A stretch of DNA of 63,714 bases, counting the filler, from Reticulomyxa filosa (taxonomy: Eukaryota; Protista; Foraminifera): the NCBI GenBank assembly GCA_000512085.1. It is 25 parts of 25 records of this genome, joined end to end, with 100 filler letters (N's around TTAATTAATTAA, not from the genome) between each part and the next. Parts side by side here need not be neighbours in the genome. Positions count along the whole stretch, not along the records: positions 27,515 to 28,597 come from ASPP01030237.1; positions 28,698 to 31,107 come from ASPP01046273.1; positions 31,208 to 33,657 come from ASPP01018740.1; positions 33,758 to 35,960 come from ASPP01006423.1; positions 36,061 to 39,774 come from ASPP01024292.1; positions 39,875 to 44,227 come from ASPP01048020.1; 19 more parts are not named here. One strand, 5' to 3'. This document shows, piece by piece, positions 27,786 to 40,116 of the stretch (the first letter of the stretch is position 1; each line of letters starts with the position of its first letter). Position numbers and translations under genes: made by a program. The notes beneath the pieces were generated by a model. That model did no database searches, was not told the origin of the DNA, and saw only the letters and a list, made by a program, of their open reading frames with translations.

Positions 27786-28222
27786 GCGCGGCTCGCCGCG
27801 GCCACGCGCTTGAAGGTCTCGTAGTCGCGCAGATATTCGCTCTCGTCATAGAGGGTCGAGGCGATGACCAGGATGACGGTCTGCGGCGTAAACTCGTTCA
27901 GCTCATGCCACACCAGCGGCCCGATGTGGAGCGCTCGCCCCGGGTCATCGAGGACGACCGTCTCCTTCACCTTGCCGTCGTCGAGATGGACCTTGCAGGA
28001 GCCGTTCATCACGAGGGTGACGAGGTGCGATTCGCGATGTCCGTGCCGGCCGCGCCACTGGCCGGCGGCGATGTCGTGCAACCAGAAAAGGCGCCGCACC
28101 GTGAAGCCCAAGCGATCGTCGAACTCCAGGAAGTTGAGCTTGCCTCGCTCGTCGCCCCGGCCGGGAATCGAGAGCCAGCGGCAACGGGATACCTTGAGTT
28201 GAGGAGAGATCATGTCGGGCAT
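27782..28222 (-). CDS. FdtA/QdtA (WxcM-like) cupin sugar 3,4-ketoisomerase, bacterial
   Basis: DERGKLNFLE...F.VRRLFWL...RGRHGH...L.IGPLVWHEL...LVIASTLYDESEYLRDY. Confidence 0.92.
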   Translation of the reverse strand: MPDMISPQLKVSRCRWLSIPGRGDERGKLNFLEFDDRLGFTVRRLFWLHDIAAGQWRGRHGHRESHLVTLVMNGSCKVHLDDGKVKETVVLDDPGRALHIGPLVWHELNEFTPQTVILVIASTLYDESEYLRDYETFKRVAAASRA

Positions 28223-28235
28223 GGCAGAGCCTGTC

Positions 28236-28597
28236 TCAGCGTTTTGTCGTTTGCAGCTTTCGCCATTGCATGTAGACGACGCCACTCAGGGCGACGAGCC
28301 CACCGGCGATCTGGTAGGCATTGGGAATGAAGCCATAGGTCATTGACCATAATACGGCAAAAAACGGCACGAGGTTGACCCAGAGCGACGCAATTGCAAC
28401 ACCGAGCCGGCTGGCGCCGACGTTCCACAGATAGGCACCCACGCCGCTGGCGAGCGCCGCCACCAGCAGGAGCTGGCTCCAGATCCAGCCGTCGGTCACC
28501 GCAAACGGCGAGTTTGCCCAGCCCAGCCCGATCAGCCCGAAACTGAGGATTGCCATCCAGCCCAGGGCCGAGAGCGATGCCACATAGGCGCGATGAA
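28236..28597 (-). CDS. EamA/DMT family transporter C-terminal half, bacterial (partial)
   Basis: AYLWNVGASRLGVAIASLWVNLVPFFAVL...QIAGGLVALSGV is a typical EamA repeat; GC-rich codons. Confidence 0.88.
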
Positions 28598-28770
28598 NNN
28601 NNNNNNNNNNNNNNNNNNNNNNNNNNNNNNNNNNNNNNNNNTTAATTAATTAANNNNNNNNNNNNNNNNNNNNNNNNNNNNNNNNNNNNNNNNNNNNCAT
28701 TGCAGTTAAGTACTCCATTTTGAGATTCGTTTTTCCGTATACGTATAGCAAACGAGAAAAATAAGTTTAC

Positions 28771-29013
28771 TTGGAACAGCGTGTAATCGATTATTTGAAA
28801 AACTGCCCTTTTGCGGCAATATACCACCCTGAGTTGTTAGTCCATTGGAAAGAGGACACAACAAACAAGTTTGCCAGTGATCACTATACAATCGAAAAAC
28901 AAATCATTGATAAAGTGAATGACCGATTGAGGAAACTCTTGGACAACTATGATAATGTTATATGCTTTGTAATTGGACATAGTGTAGACGGAGGCGCTGT
29001 CTCAGGGTTGTAA
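28771..29013 (+). pseudogene. Alpha-tubulin fragment (divergent alpha2 type), degenerate
   Basis: KEDTTNKFASDHYTIEKQIIDKVNDRLRKLLDNYDNVICFVIGHSVDGGAVSGL aligns to KEDAANNFARGHYT...HS.GGGTGSG; invariant residues are mutated and a stop follows immediately. Confidence 0.85.
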
Positions 29014-29649
29014 TGAAAATTTAAAGAATCATTTTAATGTACTTACTTATTTTATTTTTGAAGCAAGCGAAATGTTTAGAATTGGTGAAATTTACAAATG
29101 TATTCCAATGTCAAATCAAAAATTTGCTTGTTTTTTTGGAAGATTGAAGCTTTTTACATTTTCAAAAGCGTTTAGAGTTTGATCAATACTTAATTCAGTT
29201 TTGTACACGTCGCTCGAATCATTATTTAAATTTTTAATTTATCGTCTAAAAGTCAGTAGTATATTGCATTGTCCAGAAGTTAAGGCATTGATATCATTGT
29301 CAAAATCTTCTTTCAAAATGGAGACATTTAAATCGCTGTGACTGACTGGAAAAAAATCATTCAATTTTTTAATTGATAATTATTTTGCTATTTTTCTAAT
29401 CTTTGTAAGATTTTTACTCTTGCAAATATAAGCAAAAAAATTGATATTCAATCTCCAAGTTCGACATTTGAGAGTCGTATTGCTCTTGTGCTTTCGAGTG
29501 TGTCAATCTTCTCTTGATATCATTTGTTGATCGATCGTAATGTTGATTGAATTCCTGGTTCATTTATCAACAACGAGAAAAAGATAAAAAAGAAAAAAAC
29601 ATATTTATATTAACGTCACACAATAAATCAAAAAAAAAATTTGGACATC

Positions 29650-31107
29650 AATCAATTCAGGACAAATGACCTGTGCGAAAATAGCTGCCTTTTCCCACGT
29701 ATCAAATACATCCTTCCAAAGTTAATCGATGCGTTTATGTGATTTGTTTAATGTAACTTATCAATTCTCCTTCGCTTGAGCATACAAAATTAAGTGACTT
29801 TGACACGGTTACATGTTCTTGAATGGAATAATGACATATAATGGTGGACTGTACCCCTTCGCTTACAAATGCACAATCTGGTATTACACTTACGTTTGAA
29901 CTATCTTGCTTTCTTTCCTTCTCAATTGAAAAGTTTTTTTTTGACAAGTAAACTCAAGAGGATTTCCAAAAACTGAGTTGTGAATGCGATTGAATGTTCC
30001 TTTTTTTTCCAAACATATCTCAACGTGCATCATATGCTGCAGCTAATCGATTATAAAGACCATAATAGTTCGTAGGGGACGAATAGCTTTTTATTCTCTG
30101 TCTTGTAGGTTTCATATCTGTCGAAGCATACTGCTACTGACATCAATAGCGAATATACTTTGTTTTTAACAAATACATAAAATTACTTTTTTAAGAATTT
30201 TGATCCCAACAAATGCACACAACACACGTTTATATGCGTAACATGTGGTGCTTTCCAGAAGGATGAAAACACGGGAAGACATGGCCATTTATAACAGTAG
30301 TATTGATGAAATTGCTCTTTTGTCCTGTCACAGCAGTATGCCATAGTCTTTCTTTGCAATAAGACCTCTCGACTTCACCACATTCATCTTTAATTTTTTC
30401 ATGATCAGGATGAGAACAAAAATGATTGCATCTCCCAAATTGTTTTTGAGATGAAGAATTACAAGAATCCTCAAATTTCAGATACTTTTCCCAATAATAT
30501 TTGTGAGTGACTTTATCCAAATCATTTCTTCTTCCGCATTCGCCAGGATTTGCATGTCTTCGTACATAGTAAGTTTCATTGTTGATTGTCTCCATGTTTT
30601 TTGCATTCGATCAAATGGAAATGATCTCCCATTTTCTCGCAAAAAAAATCAAAAAGTTCAGCCTCTGCAGTGTCTCCATTGGTATACACGAACTGTCTTC
30701 GGTTACTTCTTTTTCAGTTGATGTGGTGGAGTCCTTGATGGTTTTCTTTGTTTACACTTTGAAATCGACCCCAACAGTCTTTGGATTAAAAATATTTGTT
30801 TCATTTACCATACGCTTATACTCGACTTTGCAATTTCTATTTTGTTGACATTCATGCAAACATGGATGTCTTTCTGAACTACAGCAATGGAATGGAATCA
30901 TCATACTCTCAGCCTTTTTCTCGTCTTTCATGTCCATCCAATATCTTTTCAAAACCCTCCTTCCATTGCTTTAATTGATTGATTTGTTCAGTTACCATTG
31001 CCTTTGATTGATCATTACTTTGAGAGTAAATGTGTTCCAGTTTTTGCAAAAGAGAGTTGATCACGTGTGAATTTTGTACAATCATTTTTTCTTTTTATAA
31101 AGTTATT
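29650..31107 (-). pseudogene. Cys/His-rich repeat + C-terminal vWA domain protein, disrupted (partial)
   Basis: HCCSSERHPCLHEC, HKYYWEKYLKFEDS..FGRCNHFC, SYCKERLWH and GHVFPCFH, spliced to HHIIFAIDVSSSM (MIDAS DxSxS, about 30130-30157); frameshifts and stops follow. Confidence 0.6.
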
Positions 31108-31254
31108 NNNNNNNNNNNNNNNNNNNNNNNNNNNNNNNNNNNNNNNNNNNNTTAATTAATTAANNNNNNNNNNNNNNNNNNNNNNNNNNNNNNNNNNNNN
31201 NNNNNNNTTTTTTTTAACAAATAAAAAATAGAATAAAAAAATAAAAAGGAACTT

Positions 31255-33486
31255 TTTTTGCGAATTAGTAAATTCGCATTGAAATTCAACAATATCTCCA
31301 ATATATTTTTCTTTATCTTTTGATTTATTTAATCGTGTTTCTCTTCCAGTAACCCACAACTTGGTGGTCAAATAAATTTTCTGATCGTGGCTATCTTTGG
31401 TGGCACTTCCTTTCAGATAAATGGGTGCGACATGCAAGATTTGATCATGGACCAAATCGACCATAACACGTATAAATGGATAACAGCAGTAAGTCATGCC
31501 ATCTAAACGCCATCCTTTTTGCAGCAATTTCATTTCGCAATGCATGATCCAAAACGCTTGTCTGGCTGTCATTTCTCGCTCATTTCGATCTAACTCGCGA
31601 TATAATGCATTGATATTCTTTATCACATGTTTCGTCATTATCAAAATGGCTGTATTATTACTACTATAGCCTCGTTCCCACACTGCGGGAAATTCCACTA
31701 TCATCGACGCGTCCGTCTTGGCTTTGGCTTCTTTGTTGCTTTCAATCACGCGGAATTGCATTTGATCGTGCAATGACATAAATAGTCCCGAGTCTGCGTT
31801 TCGAGTAGTCAAGTCATATTTGGAATTGCTACTTGACAATGACGACGACGATGATGATGACGACGACGACGATGATGATGACGATGACGATGCCGATGAC
31901 GATGATGACGATGATGATGATGATGACGATGCAACGGCGCTCGATCCATTCCAGTTACTGTCGCCACTGGCTCGGCTTTCTTTTCCATTTGCCGCACTTG
32001 GAGCTGCAGCACCAACTCCTGCTGGACCATTGCCTGCACGAGTGTGAGGGTTGGGCATGCCCAAGTTCCATTTGCTTCGTTCCTGACGTTTCTAAGCAAA
32101 TCACAATACATTCATATTGCAATATATACACATATACATAAACATATATATATATATGTTTATGTATATATTTAGTAACATACATGTGAGCCCTGTTTAT
32201 TGGCAGGCGTTTTGGAACTGGTCGTTCTTACGGTCAATTTTTTGGTTGTATTTTTTTGTGTGCCCCAACACGACTTACTTGTAATTGGGACATTGACGGG
32301 TGCATTGGGACTATCATTGGCAACGGAGTTGGGATCGGCTGAGTGAGGATTGGAAGTGACCTCTGCGGCATGATGAGTAGCAGCTTTGCCCACATGATCT
32401 AAATAAGTGTTGTTGTTATGTGTTGACGGTGCTTCGATGGAAAGTTCTTTGGAAGGAATGTCCGTGCTACTATCGATAGTGCTATCATTGGTGAAGTGCA
32501 GCAAGGAGGACAAATCACTCGTTTCGGTTTCAAGAGGTTTGGGTTCAGCGCTTGTTCCTGCGACATTGGCTTTCGCTTTTTTTTGTTCTTTGCCTTGGCC
32601 TTTGTTTTGGCTTTGACTTTTCTTTGATATTGGACGTGGTGGTTTGTGCGTCGCATGCTTCATTGTTCACTCCACTGATCTCCGTGTTGTTGTTGTTGTT
32701 GTTGTGCAGATCAGGCTCGACATGGCTATCACTATCCTCGGTAACAGCGAGGGAAGGATGACAAGATAAACGCTTTGCATTGGCTTGGTGTTGGGATTGT
32801 TGAATGTCCTCTTCAACGTACGAAGACACGAGATCAATGTGTTTGTCGTCGCAATCGAGCGGATATGTGGACTTGGAATTGGAGGAGACGCCGTCGTCCA
32901 AAGTCGAGGATTTGTTTGGATAAGGAAAGTCAGAATAGACAACAGGATACGATGCGTTTCTCTGAGACAACTTCTCTTTGTCGTGTCCGTGAATCGGTAG
33001 CGTGTCGGACCAGGTCAGTCCCAAACTCTCTTCTCGGGCAGTCATTGTGGAGTGCGTGTCCGAAAAACTTTGCACGTCCCCAAGGGAATAACTATTTTCT
33101 TTGTGTGGTTTGCCGCCACCACCGCAGCTGCCGTTGTGAGCTGCGTTGCAAATCGAATCGCTTTTCACGTCTTTGATCATTGGCATAGTCATGCCATGAC
33201 TATTGTTCATATTGCAATTGGATATCTCACCTTTGGTACTTACATTACCCACCATCATACCAGTGTCTATTGGCCCATTGTTATTACTGTCTTTCTTATT
33301 TTTAGTTTTGTCAAACGCATAAGAAATACCCAATAACTCCTCGTTTGGATACACTGATTCAAAGATGGGAGAAGGTGATGATCCAATCTCTTCCATTACA
33401 TTTGCTATCACACTCTCTGTTGTCCACTTTGCTTGATCCATCACTTCCGGGCTCACCGACTTTGATGGCGAAAATCCACTCGTCAT
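31255..33486 (-). CDS. Hypothetical protein: disordered N-terminal region, poly-Ser, globular C-terminal domain (multi-exon, partial)
   Basis: ORFs 32545-33486, 32172-32663 and 31156-32064, linked by a frameshift and an intron. Confidence 0.6.
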
Positions 33487-33776
33487 TGGTAATACATCCT
33501 TTTCATCTTCACTTTATGTTATATGCAAACATATTCATATTACACACATATAAATATAAATATAAATATAAATATAAATATAAATATATATATATATATA
33601 TTAATTTTTTTTATGCATATATAATATATTGTGACATACATAAAGTCCAAGAATTTTNNNNNNNNNNNNNNNNNNNNNNNNNNNNNNNNNNNNNNNNNNN
33701 NTTAATTAATTAANNNNNNNNNNNNNNNNNNNNNNNNNNNNNNNNNNNNNNNNNNNNAAAAAAAAACCAATCAAAA

Positions 33777-34196
33777 AAAAAAAAAAAAAAAAAAGGTAAC
33801 AATGAGCCGGAGGAAATGGAGGCTCCTGTCGTTGATGCGAATGGTTTCATCCTAGATGAAGAAAGTAAGGTCGAGGAAGAACGAAAATCTGATTCGAATG
33901 TCTTGTCGCCTAACCAAATTAAAATCCAGACGTCTAATCGAGTTGATTCGATCGATTCTGACGAAACTCGAGCCCATTATTATCAACAAATACTAGATTT
34001 GTGTGATAGTGTCATCAAGGAATGCTATACTCTCATGGCAGATAGCTTTTCTAGATTCAATCTTGATGAAATAAAAAAATATCAACCTAAAGCGTACATT
34101 GATGACAACATTCGAAAAAAAAAAAGACAAAATAAACGATCACCAATTATATCACATTATATCTTTCCTTCTTTTTTTTTTTTTTTTTTGTTTTGA
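33777..34196 (+). CDS. RGS-domain protein, C-terminal exon
   Basis: DSVIKECYTLMADSFSRF resembles the RGS terminal motif (L M..DS(Y/F).RF). Confidence 0.55.
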   Translation, partial: KKKKKKGNNEPEEMEAPVVDANGFILDEESKVEEERKSDSNVLSPNQIKIQTSNRVDSIDSDETRAHYYQQILDLCDSVIKECYTLMADSFSRFNLDEIKKYQPKAYIDDNIRKKKRQNKRSPIISHYIFPSFFFFFLF

Positions 34197-36060
34197 TCTC
34201 CCTTATTTTATTGCGTTTTTTTTCTCACTATGTTAACATAATATTCATTGATAACTTTTTTTGTGTAAAGTATCCAACGCGTCACGGTAGTGTCATTGTT
34301 TTGTTCATATAGCATAAAACTTGCAAACATGCTATTACAAAATAAATCACCTTTCATACATCTTGCTTTTTTTTTCTGCAAAATTTTTTTGAATGTCAAC
34401 AAAAAACTAACTTCAAAATTTATCACATTAAGTTTGTGAGACAAGGCAAGATGACAGAACAAGCGCTAATGACGTCATGAGACAATTACTAACTATATTA
34501 GCGAGCGCAAATTCGCAACGTTGAGGTGCTACACAAAATCAAAGTGTGCTAGATCTATGTAAATAGTGGCAAGTTGACGCACACGCAGTTCGAAATGATA
34601 ACATAGCACTAGTTCAATGTTATAGTGTTTACTTTTACTTAATGCAACATTTAAGAAAAAACAAAAATTTTCAGAAGAGATATTTATTGTTTTAAAATAT
34701 ATTCAAAAAATCGCGATTGTAATGAAAGTTAGATAATAATATATGGATAGTATATATTATTTGTATTTGGAAAGAACACCTTTTCGATATATACATAATT
34801 AAAAATTTTTTATAGGTAAGGTTGAATGAAAAATGTTTCAAATGATAATAAAGTTTGGAACATATCAAGAAGGTTTTAATATGTTAAAGAAAAAACTAAA
34901 GGATATTTGACCAAAGATGATTTAGTGAAAAATAAAAATGAAAATAATCTGAGAATAGACAAAATGCAAAACAGTCAAATCCCCATAAGAAACAGTATAT
35001 AGATTTCAACGTATGTTAATATTGTGATGAACATATTACATTGAAAGGTATTGCTTTGTGAAAAAAGTTGAAAAAAAGCTAATTAGAAAGCAAACTAAAA
35101 CTTGGGTAACGCGCCAAAAGTTCAGAAAATAATACTATGTTTTCGTTTTTCATTTCTGGACTGTCTATATGTTGTGGACCAAAATTTATTTCAATATACA
35201 ATTAGCACCACTTACCAAAAATGCAATTATAAAAATATCAAAATTTGTTTGTGATAATATAATTGTGTAGTCTTGCTTTGTAGTGTTATGAGATTTATGT
35301 TGATATGTTAATGCAAAGAAATTCTAATTGATAAAATACTCAAAATAATTGTCAAAATGATATTTAAAACTACACTATTTATAGATATTTTTTTTAATAA
35401 AAAAAAAATTGTGTCTAGATGTTGTTTTTTCATGAAGAAAATCAATTATATCTATAATGTGTCAACTTTACTTTGCATTCTATTGTAAAATAAAAGAAAA
35501 TGGTTTAGTCAAACGAAAAAAATGATTATTTTGCATTGACAATTCGAACGACATTACTACATATTTATAGCTGACAAAAATGATAAACTTGTTGGTGCGA
35601 GTGAGATTGTCGCAACTTGCACTGACACAGTCAAAGACACCGCCGCGATCATCGTATCCATCTTTATGAACTTTGCATGTACTAGTTTTGACGTCTTTAT
35701 GTTTTCCCTCTTCTGACTTTGTCTTGGTATTTGCATGCAGTCTTTGTGTTGACATACTTGTTTCATACTTGCTGCACGATTTTGCACGTTTCGTTCTTTA
35801 ATTTCAACAAATTTGTTATGGTAAAAATTGTCTAATAGACCTACCTTCAAATAATATTTGCAGTTAACAAAAACAACATCAAAATTTACAAATAGCTTGT
35901 TCTTTTCGAACATAAGGTAAGTGAACAAGAAATATGTCCACAGCTTTGATTTTTGACCAANNNNNNNNNNNNNNNNNNNNNNNNNNNNNNNNNNNNNNNN
36001 NNNNTTAATTAATTAANNNNNNNNNNNNNNNNNNNNNNNNNNNNNNNNNNNNNNNNNNNN

Positions 36061-36099
<39 letters not shown>

Positions 36100-36139
36100 A
36101 CAGAAATTTCTGAAGATTTCGTGTCAAACCAAGGATTTG

Positions 36140-36637
36140 ACTACTTTTGTTTTTATGAGTTACTTGGGTCAAATTTTGACATAAAATTGCCTCAGCACGC
36201 GGAATTTGCTCTCTGTCGTTGGAAAATATTCGAAGGCCTTGCAAAGCACGGCAAAAAACAATTTTGCATTTGTCTCCTACTAGCTGCTGCAATTCGTCTA
36301 GTTTCGCAGCGTGTATTTGTCGACCACCTTGTCCGATGTAAATATCTCGTGAATATTTGTACTTTTCCCACAGATCTGTAGGCTCGTTTTGCTCTTTTGC
36401 TATAGATGTACTTTCGACTACCCTTGTGCTTTGGCCTTGGCTTTGGCTTTGGCTTTGATTTGGATGAGAGGATGCTGATGTTCGTCCATTGCTCTCTTGT
36501 TTGCTGTCACTTTGCTCCACTGCAAGTAGTGATGATTTCCGAGAAAGGACAAATTTAGGAAGTTGTTGGAAAGATTTTGAGATTATCACATGTCCTAAAT
36601 ATTTGTATCTTGTCGATCTGATTATATTGAAAGCCAT
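36140..36637 (-). CDS. Hypothetical protein with a KH-like IGQGG motif and basic N-terminus (partial)
   Basis: R/S/K-rich, acid-free N-terminus (possible mitochondrial presequence); YIGQGGRQIH...LRIFS resembles a KH GxxG loop. Confidence 0.45.
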
Positions 36638-37080
36638 CTTTTTGGGTTATTTGCATACACCCAAAATTTGGTCCCTGGACGAACGATTAGTATTGGTTGT
36701 CACAGCAACAAAAAAAAAAAAAAGTAAAGTTAAAATAAAATTGAAACGTATTTAGTTAGTATTTTTTTTTTAAAGTTTGTGACGTTGAAACGTGAGTTGA
36801 CGAACAAGTAGTTTGACTTTTCTTACACTAAAAAATTTTCTGTATTGCCCCTGACATTATTATCATGTTTGTTTGTTTTGGAAATAAGCCTGAAAATAAG
36901 CCTCGTTCCGCGACTGATATTAGTGATAATAGCACAGTTTTGACAAACTCTATTTCGACAAGAGGTATTTTTGAACGTAAAGAAAACAGAAGAAAGTGAA
37001 AACAAAACAAAACGTAGCAGATAAGCAGGATATCAAGCGAAAGCGAGATAAGGAAGTCATGGAATAAAAACGGACTGCTG

Positions 37081-37702
37081 ATGCACAGTATGAACGGGAG
37101 ACCAGGAGAAACAAAACCGGAACAAACGGATAAAAAGGACAAAGGACGAAAGTATGGACGAAGTGAGTTGAATAGCAAGCAAGTGTTGAAATGGAATGAA
37201 TATGAAGTAAGTGAATGGTTCGAATTGATCGGATATGCGAATTATTCGGACAATATAATAAGTAACCATATAACAGGCAAGGACTTGTTAGAGCTTACAA
37301 AAACAGATTTGAAAGACATGGGGATCACAGTGATTGGACACATTAAGGATATTTTACGGCACGTTCGCGCACTCCAAGAAGCGAATGATTATCTGCCCTT
37401 TGGCGTTCAAGCCAAAGATCGAACCACGTCCAAGTGTCCCCCTCATCATCACCATTACCATCATCAGCATCATTGCTCCAAACTCTCCGAAAAAGAACCG
37501 CCAATCGATTGCAACGCCATTCCCGAAGACGTTGTGACATATAACGAGCCGCCAGACTTTACCACCGTCGCACCTTTGCTACGTCCCACCGAAGGGGTTT
37601 ACACATCTGCACTTTTCAAAGGAAGAGAAAAAGAAGATAATGATAATGGTGATAATGACGATGATGAAAATGAAGATGAAGAAGGAAATAATCATGATGA
37701 TA

Positions 37703-37745
<43 letters not shown>

Positions 37746-38921
37746 CGATGATGACGATGGTGGTGGTGGTAATAATGAAAATGGTGATAATGACAATAGA
37801 GATGATAATGAGGAAGAAGATGGCGGAGATAATGGTAGTGGAAATGCTGGTGCTCATACTAATGATCCCATCGCTTCTAATGGACATTCTCATGTCCGCT
37901 CTCATCATCATCATCATCATCATCATCGCAAAAGTGTTGGCGTTGTCGATTCTGATTCCATATCTCCATGCGCCCACAAATCCATACTCCCTGACAAAGA
38001 GCCTAATTTAGGAAGTTCTCATCTAATGATACTTTTTTTATTATCAACAAATAAATATATATATATGTATATATATATATACATATATATATGTATATGT
38101 ATGCATGTATATGTATATATATATTTTTTTTTTAACTTTGCCAAAAGCATATGACACAAAGTGCATGATGGATACATATGCATAGAATATGGAGATTGGC
38201 TGAAAGACAGAGAAATGTATGAAAACCTCTGGAAGGAATGGGTCAGCTATCGGGATGTGATGACATTGCCACAGTACAAAAAATTGGTGAGTCTTGCGCA
38301 GCTTCCAGAAACGACCGGAATGCAGATTTGGCAAAAACTTGTTGCACATGAGCATGAACATGACAAACACGGGTATGACGATGCTAACGGTGATGACAAC
38401 GACAACAACAATAACAATAACAATAACAATAACAATAACAATAACAATAACAACAACAATGATACCCACCGTTATCTGCATCATCATCACCACTACACAA
38501 GCGTCGCTTCCGGAGTTTGTACGTTCCAACAATTTGTCTTACTCATGAAACTCATCTATCTGACGCAACAAGGATTTCCGTTGCATTTGGTGGATGCCGA
38601 CTATTTGTATTCCTATCATCCGCCCACTCTTCCTCTCTTTTCAAAGTTATATACGTATATGCATATATGTATATTTGATGAATTAACGTGTGCACACAAA
38701 AAAACAAACAAAGTGACAAAGAAGTAAATGATAAAACGACACAAAATGTGGTAATCTTTGATGGACTTCCATTTGAACTCTTGGCCAACGATCACTTGTT
38801 GAACAAGTTCAATCGCAAGGCATTGCACAAGTTCATTCCTTTGTGTTTGGAAGTGGACGATGCCAAACTTCAATTGATCGCCACTTTCAAAGAGAATCTC
38901 CATTTTCAGGATTTGCAGGTG

Positions 38922-38968
<47 letters not shown>

Positions 38969-39412
38969 GTCTTCCAACAAACAAACGAACAAATAAGCAC
39001 AAGTTTATAATAATAATAATAATAATAATAAAAAAGACAATGAAAAATCAAAGCCTAATCGCATTGTCACAAATGAGTTTGAATGGACTGGAACAAGCAA
39101 AAGGATTGGAACTGCATTTTCCAAAGGTGGACCACTATCTCCCAATGCACCAAAAGCAGCCAAGTGACTTTTCGTTGGACGGGAATGAAGAGCAAAATCC
39201 AGGCGAGCCAGTCATCCCTAATGTGCGTCGATTCACTGGCGACAATAAGAGCACGATTCCTATGTACTCTGCTCTTCCTCTTCTTCCCCTTCCTCCTCCT
39301 CCTCCTCCTCCCCTTCTCCCTCCTCCACCTCCACTTCTTCCGGTTGTCTCCTCTCTGATGCCTTCGTCCCTATCTCGAGCACAGCCACAACAACTATCAA
39401 CGATGATGATGA

Positions 39413-39448
<36 letters not shown>

Positions 39449-39765
39449 TGGACAGCGGCAACGTGCAGAAGTGCAAGACCAAAGCGCGTCCGCAATCGCC
39501 CTCATCTCCGATGAATGGCAACGAGGGTATCATCACGCGCACGTGCAAACCCAAGGACAACAAGCTAGCGAATCCGAGCTCGATGGCATTTGCGTCGATG
39601 ATGAGCAGCTACGGTCCGGAAGGGGGTGTCCCCAAGTCCACCGTCATTCATCGAGAAAATGATCCGCATCTCACGGGTTCGATGAACCACGTCAATCAAA
39701 TGAGAGATCGCATTCGACGAGGATCTATCCCTATTCGAGTTTATTCTCAAGCCGAAATTGAGGTA
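37081..39765 (+). CDS. SAM domain + EH-like domain + Pro-rich adaptor protein (multi-exon, partial)
   Basis: SAM: WNEYEVSEWFELIG...HITGKDLLELTKTDLKDMGITVIGH. EH-like: LPETTGMQIWQKLV...FQQFVLLMKLIYLTQQGFPL...PPTL. Poly-Pro near 39290-39335. Confidence 0.8.
38921..38968. repeat. (TCTA)n intronic microsatellite
   Basis: About 12 tandem TCTA units immediately after a GT donor. Confidence 0.9.
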
Positions 39766-39874
39766 TTTTATTTTNNNNNNNNNNNNNNNNNNNNNNNNNN
39801 NNNNNNNNNNNNNNNNNNTTAATTAATTAANNNNNNNNNNNNNNNNNNNNNNNNNNNNNNNNNNNNNNNNNNNN

Positions 39875-40116
39875 TCAGCGACGGCAAAATTATCGAATTG
39901 AAATTACGACATTGGTGGCCCAATGGAGGTAATGGGAATGTAAATGACAAAGAGTGTTTCATCACAGAGTTTGCCAAAGAGACATGGGTCGGGCTCGTGT
40001 TGGATGGCAACGACTCGAATGAGCGGAGCCTAGAGTTGGACACATGGAATCTCAATGACAAAGACGGAACACTCAATGGACAAATTTTGCTTCAAACCAA
40101 AATGGACAAGGTTTAA
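39875..40116 (+). CDS. Terminal exon, possible C2-like beta-sandwich end
   Basis: Ends DTWNLNDKDGTLNGQILLQTK, resembling final C2 strands; weak support. Confidence 0.3.

Noticed and set aside
27019-29013. Horizontal transfer of a bacterial sugar operon next to a transposon end and host genes
   Set aside because: Linkers on both sides separate the bacterial contig, so the juxtaposition is produced by concatenation.
34460-34630. Possible structured ncRNA (short inverted repeats, TGACGTCA palindrome)
   Set aside because: Only short stems, expected by chance; no tRNA, snRNA or snoRNA signature.
37579-38548. Antisense or alternate-frame ORFs rich in poly-M/I/L/C (also at 19202-19731, 31809-32141, 55628-56067)
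   Set aside because: These are shadow translations of trinucleotide repeats within the real CDS.
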